Assembly: GCA_042408215.1 (NCBI GenBank)
Contig: JAYFMW010000021.1
Location: forward strand, 1-64,000
DNA: 64,000 nucleotides
Source: Microcoleus sp.
GTDB taxonomy: Bacteria; Cyanobacteriota; Cyanobacteriia; Cyanobacteriales; Microcoleaceae
Reading direction: 5' to 3'
Shown: piece by piece, positions 1 through 9,250 of the stretch
Layout: each line of letters opens with the position of its first letter
How positions within the stretch are numbered: position 1 is the first letter of the stretch
Program-made: the position numbers and the translations under genes
Notes under the pieces: generated by a model
Seen by the model: only the letters and a program-made list of their open reading frames with translations
Told to the model about the DNA's origin: nothing
Database searches by the model: none

Positions 1-989
1 TCACTTTAGACCAGTTACGCATTCTCAAGGCGATCGCTTCTGAAGGCAGCTTCAAACGCGCCGCTGACAGCCTCTATGTATCCCAGCCAGCAGTTAGCTT
101 GCAGGTGCAAAACTTAGAGAGACAGTTGGACGTACCGTTGTTCGATCGGGGGGGGCGCAGAGCTCAACTCACCGAAGCTGGACACCTGCTGCTGGGTTAC
201 GGCGAGAAAATTTTATCCCTTTGTCAAGAAACTTGTCGGGCTCTGGAAGACTTGCAAAATCTCCAAGGCGGTACCTTGATTGTGGGGGCTTCTCAAACTA
301 CGGGGACCTATCTGCTACCTCGGATGATCGGGATGTTTCGGCAAAAGTACCCAGATGTGGCGGTACAACTTCACGTTCACTCTACCCGCCGCACTGCGTG
401 GAGTGTGGCTAACGGACAAATTGATTTGGCGATCGTGGGCGGTGAAATTCCTACCGAACTCCTAGAAGCTTTAGATGTTGTTCCTTATGCTGAGGACGAA
501 CTGGCTCTGATCCTCCCTCCGTCTCACCCGATGGTACAACAAGAAACTATCCAAAAAGAAGACCTTTACAAATTGCAGTTTATTTCCCTGGATTCCCAGT
601 CTACTATCCGCAAAGTCATCGATCAGGTGTTGTCTCGGTGCGGCATTGATACCCGCCGCCTGAAAATCGAGATGGAACTAAATTCGATCGAAGCCATTAA
701 AAATGCCGTTCAGTCGGGGTTGGGGGCTGCATTTGTGTCGGTTTCGGCGATCGAAAAAGAGTTGCTGATGGGCGTCTTGCACAAATCTCAGATGGAGGAA
801 GTTGTAGTCACTCGGATTTTGTCGCTGATTTGCAACCCCAACCGCTACCGTTCTAAAGCGGCAGAGGCTTTCAGTAATGAAATTTTGCCCCAGTTTGCTA
901 CTTATTCTGCTATCGAGGAGAAGAAAGAACCCACTTCGCTTGAGTTGGAACCCGTAGAAATAGCATTTCCCAACCAGGCGGGAAGTTAA
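1..989 (+). CDS. rbcR: LysR-family regulator RbcR/Ycf30 (5' end outside window)
   Basis: Frame is open from base 3 ([34 protein letters not shown] = LysR HTH). [16 protein letters not shown] substrate-binding domain is typical of cyanobacterial Ycf30. Confidence 0.85.
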   Translation, partial: TLDQLRILKAIASEGSFKRAADSLYVSQPAVSLQVQNLERQLDVPLFDRGGRRAQLTEAGHLLLGYGEKILSLCQETCRALEDLQNLQGGTLIVGASQTTGTYLLPRMIGMFRQKYPDVAVQLHVHSTRRTAWSVANGQIDLAIVGGEIPTELLEALDVVPYAEDELALILPPSHPMVQQETIQKEDLYKLQFISLDSQSTIRKVIDQVLSRCGIDTRRLKIEMELNSIEAIKNAVQSGLGAAFVSVSAIEKELLMGVLHKSQMEEVVVTRILSLICNPNRYRSKAAEAFSNEILPQFATYSAIEEKKEPTSLELEPVEIAFPNQAGS

Positions 990-1114
990 TCTCTTCAAAA
1001 GTCGGCTGTTCGCAGTTAGCAGTTAGTTGAGAAATCGAAATCTGGTTTAACAATCGCTTTTTCTTCCTTCTTCCCTGTTCCTTCTTCCTTCTTCCTTCTT
1101 CTTACCAAACCACA

Positions 1115-2575
1115 ATGGAAGTTTACTGCACGCGCCCAGGATGTCCGCGCCCTCAAAACTATTTTACCGACCTTGATGACAGTGCGCTGTTGAAAACTGT
1201 GCAGCAAAGGTATTGTAAAACCTGTGGAATGCCCCTGATTCTGAGCGGCCGCTATTTGCCCGTGAGGCTTTTGGGTCAAGGCGGTTTTGGGGCGGCGTTT
1301 TTGGCCCGCGATCGCTATACTCCGGCGATGCGGCAGTGCGTTGCTAAACTTTTGCAGCCGTCGGTAAATCTGACTCCGGCACAGCTAAGAATCGCTCAAA
1401 ATCTGTTTGAACGGGAAGCGGCGGTTTTGGAAGAACTGGGAAATGAACACCCACAAATTCCGAGTCTGCTGGCTTTTTTTGAGTTGACTTTTCCGAGTTT
1501 GCAGGCGGGGAAAGATGATAAGTTTTTCTATCTGGTTCAAGAATTTATTGATGGTGAAAATTTGGAGGAGGAACTGGCTGTTAAGGGCAAGTTTTCGGAA
1601 TCGGAAACGGTGGAGGTATTGCGGGAAATTTTGAAGGTTCTCGATTTTGTCCACTCTCGCGGTTCGATTCACCGGGATATTAAACCTGCTAATATTATGC
1701 GGGGGAAAAATGGTCGGCTTTATTTATTAGATTTTGGGGCTGTTAAACAGGTAACGCAAACTGCTGGTAGTTCAAAAGTTTCGACTGGTATTTATTCTTT
1801 GGGTTATGCTCCGCCAGAACAAATGAGCGGGCAAGAAGTGTATCCGGCAACGGATTTGTATGCTTTGGCTGTGACTTGTATTACTTTGCTGAGTGGTTTG
1901 CAGCCGACGGAGTTGTTTGATAGTTACAGAAATGAGTGGAATTGGCATTCGCGGGTGCAGATTAGTTCGCGTTTGACTCAAGTTCTCGATCGACTGTTAT
2001 TATCAGCTCCTAGCCAGCGTTTTCAATCGGCGGCTGAGGTGGAAGCGGCTCTGAATTCTCACTCGCAACAGCCTAAAATCGTCGTACAGCCTCCTCTGAC
2101 ACCTCCTCAACCCCCCGTACAAACTTTGCTTTCGATACCGACTCAGCAGCCTTCTAGCCCTGTTTCCGCGCCTGCTCCGGGAGGGCTGCAACCTGCGCCG
2201 AGAGGGGCTTTTTCGATTTGGGAGGTTTTGTCCGGGGCGGCGTTTACGGGTTTTCAGGGTGGGTTGCTGGCGATCGCCCTGAAGAGTTTATTGCCGTCTC
2301 CAGGCCTGAGTATGGGATTGTTGGGGATGATTATGGGGGGTTTGATTTATGCTCAGTATCGCCGATCGATCGAACAGACTGAGATGTTGATTATTGGCGC
2401 TGGTACTCTGGCTTTGCTGGTGTATTTTCCGGCTTTGCGATCGGCGGCAACTATGATTTATCCTGGTGATCCGATCGCTGGCGTGTTGTTTGTGGGGTGG
2501 TTGGCTGCTTTAGGGGCGATCGCGGCAACAGCTATTTTTCGATTGATTTATAAGTTACTTTCAAATCTTTTTTAA
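1115..2575 (+). CDS. Ser/Thr protein kinase with N-terminal 4-Cys prefix and C-terminal membrane helices
   Basis: CTRPGC...CKTCG prefix; LGQGGFG, HRDIKPAN and DFG motifs; Pro-rich linker; hydrophobic C-terminus. Confidence 0.92.
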   Translation: MEVYCTRPGCPRPQNYFTDLDDSALLKTVQQRYCKTCGMPLILSGRYLPVRLLGQGGFGAAFLARDRYTPAMRQCVAKLLQPSVNLTPAQLRIAQNLFEREAAVLEELGNEHPQIPSLLAFFELTFPSLQAGKDDKFFYLVQEFIDGENLEEELAVKGKFSESETVEVLREILKVLDFVHSRGSIHRDIKPANIMRGKNGRLYLLDFGAVKQVTQTAGSSKVSTGIYSLGYAPPEQMSGQEVYPATDLYALAVTCITLLSGLQPTELFDSYRNEWNWHSRVQISSRLTQVLDRLLLSAPSQRFQSAAEVEAALNSHSQQPKIVVQPPLTPPQPPVQTLLSIPTQQPSSPVSAPAPGGLQPAPRGAFSIWEVLSGAAFTGFQGGLLAIALKSLLPSPGLSMGLLGMIMGGLIYAQYRRSIEQTEMLIIGAGTLALLVYFPALRSAATMIYPGDPIAGVLFVGWLAALGAIAATAIFRLIYKLLSNLF

Positions 2576-2594
2576 TCTAAGTTAATATTTTAGC

Positions 2595-2672
2595 TGGACG
2601 CATGGAGTCCAGCAACCGGGTTTTTTACGAGAAGACGCGTTACAACCCAGATTCTGCTAAAAACCCGGTTTC
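2595..2672. repeat. Single copy of the AACCGGGTTTTT...AAAAACCCGGTTTC palindromic dispersed repeat
   Basis: Same inverted-repeat arms as the arrays at 5.1 and 8.3 kb and the copies at 32126-32190 and 41283-41346. Confidence 0.85.
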
Positions 2673-2689
2673 TTTGGTTGGCTGTCGAA

Positions 2690-2900
2690 TTAATCGATCG
2701 CCCTTAGCATCAATCAACACCCCAGCAGGACGAGGACGATCCCAAAAATGCGACGACATCGCATAGCCAAAACCACCGCCAAAATCAAGGTTCGTCAATT
2801 TGGTAACTGTTGGGCGATCGATTCCCTGGGTAAAAGCACCCGTGGCATTAGTTCCCGTCCCCCGATAAAAATGCAATCCGGTAATTGCGATCGCCCGTAA
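2690..2900 (-). pseudogene. Remnant of a PLP-dependent (LysA/diaminopimelate-type) decarboxylase
   Basis: Translation gives GLHFYRGTGTNAT...LDFGGGFG joined directly to YAMSSHFWDRPRPAGVLID. These are fold-III decarboxylase motifs normally far apart. No N-terminus is present. Confidence 0.6.
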
Positions 2901-3068
2901 AACCTGCTTTCAGTCCCACATTCCAGGCTCCTTACCCCCCAAGACCGCTCCGCCCCCCAAAATGTAAATTTTTGTTAAAGTAGTTAAGTAGGGTCTGTGA
3001 GAAGCCAACCTAAAATCAGTGAACTTTGAGTGTACAATTATTGAAGTTTAACTTTGACTTCCAGAAAA

Positions 3069-3731
3069 ATGCAACAAACACAAACCTTTATAGATCTTCA
3101 TCAAGCGTTTCTCGATCGACAGGCTAAATTTGCCACTTATAGAGTTAATAATATGAATATTATTACTCTACCTAATGTCTATCATCCAGCCCCTGGTTCT
3201 AGCTCTTTCTTTCTCTTAGAGCCTATTCGGGAAAGATATCAACATCTCAAAACCAAGAAAAAACGGCTGTTAGAGTTGGGTTGTGGTACCGGAGTTGTGG
3301 GACTGAGTTTAGGTGAATATGTAGAGGAACTGTACCTTTCTGATATCGCTTCCCATGCTGTACTATGTGCCAGAATAAATACGTTGATAAATTTCCGCAA
3401 AGCTAAAATCTACAATTCGGATTTGTTCAAATCTTTACCTGACGTTTTATTTGATGTCATTCTTTTTAATACTCCGTTGTTAGACAAACCAATTGAAAGT
3501 GTTGCCGAATTGTCTACCAACGATCCCAGCGGTCAAATATTCCTCAATTTTATCCAACAAGTTCCCCAATATCTTGCACCTCAAGGAGAGATTTTTTTGA
3601 GTTATTCCAATCTGGGAGATTTAGGGCTACTTAATAAAATTCCACCCAGCTTTACTGTGGAAAAAATAGCTGAAGAAAAGCACGAAGCAACTAAAAGTGA
3701 AAAGTATCTTTTTCGCTTAACCATCAATTGA
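3069..3731 (+). CDS. Class I SAM-dependent methyltransferase (HemK/MTS-like)
   Basis: LLELGCGTGVVG motif I, SDLF, and FDVILFNTP (NPPY-like). ATG at 3069 preferred over TTG at 3054. Confidence 0.85.
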   Translation: MQQTQTFIDLHQAFLDRQAKFATYRVNNMNIITLPNVYHPAPGSSSFFLLEPIRERYQHLKTKKKRLLELGCGTGVVGLSLGEYVEELYLSDIASHAVLCARINTLINFRKAKIYNSDLFKSLPDVLFDVILFNTPLLDKPIESVAELSTNDPSGQIFLNFIQQVPQYLAPQGEIFLSYSNLGDLGLLNKIPPSFTVEKIAEEKHEATKSEKYLFRLTIN

Positions 3732-3784
3732 GTATAGTTCACCCCAACTTTCAATATCATCGAATATCAGGAGCGTAGTAACTA

Positions 3785-4087
3785 ATGACAGCCTATAAAC
3801 TCACCGAAACAGAAATAAATCAAGCCTTAAAGAGCCTACCGGATTGGGTAGTCAAAGAAGGCAAATTGCACAAAAAATTTGAGTTTCGTTCTTTTAATGA
3901 GGCTATGGGTTGGATGGTGAGTGTCGCCATCTACACAGAGGTGATTAAACATCACCCGATCTGGCTGAATATTTATAATTCAGTTGAAGTAAATCTGCTG
4001 ACTTACGATGTAGGTCATGCGATCAGTAACTTGGACGTTGAACTTGCTAAAAAGATGGATGAATTAGCAGAGCCTCTGTTGCGGTGA
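3785..4087 (+). CDS. Pterin-4-alpha-carbinolamine dehydratase family protein
   Basis: LHKKFEFRSFNEAMGWM, HHP..NIYNSVEVNLLTYD and DVELAKKMD motifs; AGGAG RBS upstream. Confidence 0.88.
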   Translation: MTAYKLTETEINQALKSLPDWVVKEGKLHKKFEFRSFNEAMGWMVSVAIYTEVIKHHPIWLNIYNSVEVNLLTYDVGHAISNLDVELAKKMDELAEPLLR

Positions 4088-4310
4088 CATACTCCCACAC
4101 TCTCCCGTTGCGGTGAGTGAGGGCTTCTCAGGGACTCCTCTATGAGGACATTGACTGAGCTTTAAGACCCTGTGCCCCACGCTTCTGGATATTGATAGCC
4201 ACATTCCAATCTCTACACAGATGGTAAAACATACCGGACAGTTGTGTATTCGTTGGGATAGTGGCTTTTTGACTTTGTGGCCACAGCTAGAACACTATCT
4301 CAAAACTTGG
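4084..4310 (-). mobile_element. tnpB: Degenerate 3' remnant of an IS200/IS605 tnpB element with its right end
   Basis: Minus strand reads CSSCGHKVKKPLSQRIHNCPVC, then a frameshift, then CRDWNVAINI (Zn ribbon + RuvC-III). It is followed by AGAAGCCC-hairpin-GGAGTATGTCAC, matching the right end at 59911-59957. Confidence 0.85.
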
Positions 4311-4336
4311 TAACACCTTGACAATAGCTAAGTCCT

Positions 4337-5065
4337 CTATTTAAGAACCTCGATGATAAAATCAAGACTACTACACTGTTTTACTTTTGTCTGAGTTAAA
4401 TCCCATTTACATAAATCTAGTTTTTCCTGTTGTCGATTCAACCAAATTGCGTTTAATCCCGCAGTTTTCGCACCACAATAATCAGCTTTAAAACTGTCGC
4501 CAATATGTAACACATTTTCAGCAATGCAGTTGTGCTTTTGCAAAGCGACAGTGAAAATTTGAGAATCGGGTTTGGCGGCACCAACTTCGGTCGAAATAGT
4601 CACTGATGTGAAATATTCTGCTAAATTGAGTGATTTTAATACTGCATAAATTCGCGAATCGAAATTCGAGACTACGGCTAATTCAAGGCCTTGTTGCTGC
4701 CACCTATTTAATGCGGGAAATACATCGGGATAGACAAACCAAGGTTCGGCGGTGGCAAAATGAGCGTAGAGTTCAGCAAAGAAACTAGGAAAGTCTGAGA
4801 ATTGATTGAAAACCCCTGCTATTTGAAAGGCTTTAGCGCAAACTTCTTGCCACCATTCAAATTCTAGCTGGGGAATTTTGGCCGCTTCTATATCTGGAAA
4901 TGCCATCGGATTTGCTGAGGCAAAACTTTGGGAAAACGCTGCATTTAACTCTTCACTCTTAACTGCTACTCCAAAACTATTGGCTAATTTTTGGTACACT
5001 TCGCCGACGCTGCTGCGAAGGTCAAATAGTGTACCGGCGGCATCTAAAAAAATAACTTTTGTCAT
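4337..5065 (-). CDS. HAD-IA family hydrolase (REG-2-like)
   Basis: FLDAAGTLF motif I, VVSNFD, AKPD, HIGDSFKADY. Confidence 0.9.
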   Translation of the reverse strand: MTKVIFLDAAGTLFDLRSSVGEVYQKLANSFGVAVKSEELNAAFSQSFASANPMAFPDIEAAKIPQLEFEWWQEVCAKAFQIAGVFNQFSDFPSFFAELYAHFATAEPWFVYPDVFPALNRWQQQGLELAVVSNFDSRIYAVLKSLNLAEYFTSVTISTEVGAAKPDSQIFTVALQKHNCIAENVLHIGDSFKADYCGAKTAGLNAIWLNRQQEKLDLCKWDLTQTKVKQCSSLDFIIEVLK

Positions 5066-5097
5066 TGGTTATTGGTGATTGGTTATTGGTTATTTAG

Positions 5098-5456
5098 TCC
5101 TGGACGCATGGGTGGTCAGAAACCGGGTTTTTTACTGAATTTACGGTGTGTAACGAAGATTTCGTAAAAAAACCCGGTTTCTTCCTGGATGCATGGGTGG
5201 TCAGAAACCGGGTTTTTTACTGAATTTACGGTGTGTAACGAAGATTTCGTAAAAAAACCCGGTTTCTTCTGGATGCATGGGTGGTCAGAAACCGGGTTTT
5301 TTACTGAATTTACGGTGTGTAACGAAGATTTCGTAAAAAAACCCGGTTTCTTCTGGATGCATGGGTGGTCAGAAACCGGGTTTTTTACTGAATTTACGGT
5401 GTGTAACGAAGATTTCGTAAAAAAACCCGGTTTCTTTGTCGGAGTCCCTAAGTCCT
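5098..5456. repeat. Tandem array, 4 x 84-85-bp palindromic unit
   Basis: Unit starts (GGTGGTCAGAAACCGGG) at 5111, 5196, 5280 and 5364. Each unit has GAAACCGGGTTTTT...AAAAACCCGGTTTC. Confidence 0.95.
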
Positions 5457-5462
5457 GAACAA

Positions 5463-6668
5463 TTAACTTTTAAGCAAATCCTGAATCGGCTTGCTAATCC
5501 AATTGAAACCAACTTTCAATTGATGGTCAAATGTTGGCATCCGATAGAGATAGGCTAAGCGGCGAGCAATGTGGGCTAGTTGTCCGTCGAGTTGAATTCC
5601 TAAACCGGCGAAGGTGGCGTTGTCAATTCCTAATGCGATCATTTCTCCGATCGGCTGATAGCGGAAAGGAAGTAATGGCCGATCGGTTAGGGAGGCCCAA
5701 ATGTTCCACGCGGTATAATCCGCTTGCTGGAAGGCTACTTGGGCTGTGGTGGGGAGTTTTTGACCTGTTGCGTCGTGACATTCCGCTATATCTCCTAAAG
5801 CAAATATGTCTGGACGATCGACTATTTGCATTGTGGGAGTAGTCATTAATTGACCGCGCTGGTTTTGTTTGAGGGGTAGCGATCGCACTGCGGCGCTAAC
5901 TTGGGTTCCTACTGTCCACAGCACTATATCTACGGGTAGAACGTCTAATTGTCCTTTGTAAAGTAAGGAAATTGTGTCTGGCCCGATCGCCTCTACTGCG
6001 GTTTCTAAGTCAATCCAAACTTGCCGTTTTTCTAAGGCTTTTCTGGCTGCGTCTCGGTTGAACTCCGGCGATGTCCGCAGTATCGTGTCGCTTTGTTCGA
6101 CTAACCGCACGCGACCTTTGTCTCCGAGTCGATCGGCTAGTTTGCAAGCCAATTCTACTCCCGAATAACCCGCGCCGACGATCGCGATCCGAATTTTGTC
6201 GGTATTTTTGGCTTCTAAAAATCGCAGTCGTTCTTCTAATCGGTAAGCGTGGTCGAGAGTGCGAAATGAGTAAGCATATTCAACAGCGCCTTTGACCATA
6301 TTTAGCGGGGTTTCGCCTCCTAAAGCTAACACGAGGCGATCGCACGCAAATGTAGTAGAAGAGGCTGGCCCGTCGTGTAACTTGACTTGTTTTGTTTCCA
6401 AGTCGATGCCGGAAACAGTTCCTTGACAAAAGCGCACGCCTGTGTTTTCTAAGAGTTCGACAAACGGTGGCGCAATTTCCCAAGTTTGCAGTTCGCCTGT
6501 CAGGAGTTCGTACAGCAGGGGCACGAAGAGGAATCGATCGCGGCGATCGACTAGGACTATTTCGGGTTTTTCCGCTTTGGAGAAGGGTAACTGACTCAAG
6601 CGCAGGGCCGTGTAGAGTCCGCCGAAGCCTCCGCCGAGAATGCAAATCCGGGGTTGTTGTTGAGTCAT
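5463..6668 (-). CDS. ndbB: Type II NAD(P)H dehydrogenase / demethylphylloquinone reductase NdbB-like
   Basis: ICILGGGFGGLYTAL, second Rossmann motif IVGAGYSGVELA, FALGD, TAQVAFQQA. ATG at 6668. Confidence 0.8.
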   Translation of the reverse strand: MTQQQPRICILGGGFGGLYTALRLSQLPFSKAEKPEIVLVDRRDRFLFVPLLYELLTGELQTWEIAPPFVELLENTGVRFCQGTVSGIDLETKQVKLHDGPASSTTFACDRLVLALGGETPLNMVKGAVEYAYSFRTLDHAYRLEERLRFLEAKNTDKIRIAIVGAGYSGVELACKLADRLGDKGRVRLVEQSDTILRTSPEFNRDAARKALEKRQVWIDLETAVEAIGPDTISLLYKGQLDVLPVDIVLWTVGTQVSAAVRSLPLKQNQRGQLMTTPTMQIVDRPDIFALGDIAECHDATGQKLPTTAQVAFQQADYTAWNIWASLTDRPLLPFRYQPIGEMIALGIDNATFAGLGIQLDGQLAHIARRLAYLYRMPTFDHQLKVGFNWISKPIQDLLKS

Positions 6669-6776
6669 GGTGTTTTGAGGGGCGATCGGTAGCAAGGCAA
6701 GTTATCTTATTGTAACGAGATGGGGAGTAGGAGAGGGGGAGAGTGGGAGAGGGGGGAGTAGGATAGGGGGAGAGGG

Positions 6777-6937
6777 CATTGGTGTCAACTTAACGTCAAA
6801 CCGACAGTCTTTCTTGTTTGTGTCGAAGTCTCGATCCCCCCTAGGGCGTGTTTTCAAACTGCGACCTCAGATCCCGATCTAGACTCAGGTAAAAACGAGA
6901 TTTCTCAAGGCTTTCAGGCTGGTTGTTGACACCAATG
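6777..6937. mobile_element. MITE with CATTGGTGTCAAC terminal inverted repeats and a 9-bp target duplication
   Basis: TIR CATTGGTGTCAAC/GTTGACACCAATG. GGGAGAGGG is duplicated at 6768-6776 and 6938-6946. Related copies at 35477-35690 and 39912-40108. Confidence 0.85.
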
Positions 6938-7154
6938 GGGAGAGGGGGATAATTTTGATGATTCCTCCTTCCCCCTGCTTAGAGAGGCAATTAAACGCAA
7001 TAGATGCTATTCAAGAAATATACGGAATTTGCGATGGAGATTCCTGTAGGCAAAAGTTAGGGATTAACAATTAACAATTAAAAGTCAACCGTCAACAGTC
7101 AAAAATGAAAAGTCAAAAATGAAAAGTCAACCGTCAACAGTTAACAGTCAACTA

Positions 7155-7577
7155 ATGAAATATAACGTAATTTACGACGGCAATTGCAATCTATGCGTCA
7201 CCTTGGTGCAGTTACTAGAAAACTTAGATCGAGGTCAGCGCTTTGAGTATATTTCCATGCAAGATTTAGAGGAATTAAACCGCTTTGGGATAACTTCTGA
7301 TGACTGCGAAATGGGGATGATTTTGATAGATTGTGACATCCCCCAACGGCGCTGGCAAGGCAGCGATGCGGCGGAGGAAATCGGGCGGATATTGCCGGGA
7401 GGTGAGGTGTTTGTAGCTGCTTACCGCGCTATGCCGGGGATGAAGTGGATGGGCGATAGCCTTTACGAACAAGTCCGCGACAACCGCTATACTTTGTTTG
7501 GCAAGCGTTCTACAACGTATAAATCAGTTTATGCCGTTGGCTGTCGGGCGATCGACAATTGCGATAATTCTCCATAA
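7155..7577 (+). CDS. DCC1-like thiol-disulfide oxidoreductase (DUF393)
   Basis: VIYDGNCNLC (DxxCxxC) and YEQVRDNRYTLFG. The upstream ORF extension is STRR-derived. Confidence 0.88.
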   Translation: MKYNVIYDGNCNLCVTLVQLLENLDRGQRFEYISMQDLEELNRFGITSDDCEMGMILIDCDIPQRRWQGSDAAEEIGRILPGGEVFVAAYRAMPGMKWMGDSLYEQVRDNRYTLFGKRSTTYKSVYAVGCRAIDNCDNSP

Positions 7578-7635
7578 CCAAAACCCATTAAAAAACAACC
7601 AAACATCCAGCGCAGCACTTATCGTTCAATCCTCG

Positions 7636-7663
7636 TAGGGACACGGCATTGCCGTGTCCCTAC
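7636..7663. repeat. Small palindromic repeat GTAGGGACACGGCA-TGCCGTGTCCCTAC
   Basis: Near-perfect palindrome; related copies at about 14933-14998, 35690-35745 and 39818-39911. Confidence 0.8.
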
Positions 7664-7707
7664 CGTGTTTCATAACAGCGGGAACTGCTGTATTTAATCC
7701 ATCTTTT

Positions 7708-8127
7708 TTAATGATTAAACAGATCGAAAATCTGCTGGCAAAAGTGTTTGAGCTTTTGCGCCGACTCCGCAGCAGGTTCAGTTTTGCCAAGAAAATTCCA
7801 ATTTTCCACAGTAGAAAAGTGCCACTGCTGACCAGTATGATCGTAACCAGCGGCCTCCACTCCGATCGCCCGCCGAGATCCTTCTACCGGATCTTGGTAA
7901 AATCGGATTTGAATCAAAATGCTGCGGCTTTGCAAGAAGCGGCTTCTACCGGGAAAATGAAAGCCAATGTCGATCGAATCTGGATCGACAAGTTCCCTAG
8001 TATCCCGATCATTCATCCAAGGTTTCAAATCGACTTTTGCATCCGGGAATTCAGACTTGAATAAATTAACAACCGCAGCAATTTTACTGGCTAATTCTAT
8101 ATTCCTAGCTTGTTCGGCAGCGTTCAC
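7708..8127 (-). CDS. Conserved cyanobacterial hypothetical protein
   Basis: Globular ORF (VDLKPWMNDRDTRELVDPDSIDIGFHFPG). GTG start at 8127 is more plausible than 8196. Confidence 0.7.
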   Translation of the reverse strand: MNAAEQARNIELASKIAAVVNLFKSEFPDAKVDLKPWMNDRDTRELVDPDSIDIGFHFPGRSRFLQSRSILIQIRFYQDPVEGSRRAIGVEAAGYDHTGQQWHFSTVENWNFLGKTEPAAESAQKLKHFCQQIFDLFNH

Positions 8128-8285
8128 TGGAAAAACTCCTATCAAATACAAGTTATTACATGATTTAGATAACATTAGATCACAATGTAACTGCATAATG
8201 CCGAATGTAGACTGTCAACAGCGGACTTTTTCAGAGATAATTAGGCATTGACAAATTTTCAAATATGTGTTAGGTCATCTTATTT

Positions 8286-9237
8286 CCCACGGACTATCAA
8301 CCGAAAAAACCCGGTTTCTCGCAACTATCCTGAAAATCACGAAATTACCAGAAGAAACCGGGTTTTTGCCCCCACGACTATCAACCGAAAAAACCCGGTT
8401 TCTCGCAACCATCCTCAAATCACGAAATTACCAGAAGAAACCGGGTTTTTGCCCCCACGACTATCAACCGAAAAAACCCGGTTTCTCGCAACCATCCTGA
8501 AAATCACGAAACTATCAAAAGAAACCGGGTTTTTGCCCCCACGACTATCAACCGAAAAAACCCGGTTTCTCGCAACCATCCTGAAAATCACGAAACTATC
8601 AAAAGAAACCGGGTTTTTGCCCCCACGACTATCAACCGAAAAAACCCGGTTTCTCGCAACTATCCTGAAAATCACAAAATTACCAGAAGAAACCGGGTTT
8701 TTGCCCCCACGACTATCAACCGAAAAAACCCGGTTTCTCGCAACTATCCTCAAATCACGAAATTACCAGAAGAAACCGGGTTTTTGCCCCCACGACTATC
8801 AACCGAAAAAACCCGGTTTCTCGCAACCATCCTGAAAATCACGAAACTATCAGAAGAAACCGGGTTTTTGCCCCACGACTATCAACCGAAAAAACCCGGT
8901 TTCTCGCAACCATCCTGAAAATCACGAAACTATCAGAAGAAACCGGGTTTTTGCCCCACGACTATCAACCGAAAAAACCCGGTTTCTCGCAACCATCCTG
9001 AAAATCACGAAACTACCAGAAGAAACCGGGTTTTTGCCCCCACGACTATCAACCGAAAAAACCCGGTTTCTCGCAACCATCCTGAAAATCACGAAACTAT
9101 CAGAAGAAACCGGGTTTTTGCCCCACGACTATCAACCGAAAAAACCCGGTTTCTCGCAACCATCCTCAAATCACGAAATTACCAGAAGAAACCGGGTTTT
9201 TGCCCCCACGACTATCAACCGAAAAAACGCGGTTTCA
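8286..9237. repeat. Tandem array, ~11.3 x 83-84-bp palindromic unit
   Basis: CACGACTATCAACCG recurs at 8373, 8456, 8540, 8624, 8708, 8791, 8874, 8957, 9041, 9124 and 9207. Arms are AAAAACCCGGTTTC / GAAACCGGGTTTTT; intervening sequences are near-identical. Confidence 0.95.
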
Positions 9238-9250
9238 ACCGCCAATTCCC

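Noticed and set aside
8286..9237. CRISPR array
   Set aside because: The sequences between repeats are near-identical rather than unique spacers, the arms alternate in orientation, and no cas genes are present. The same applies to 5098-5456.
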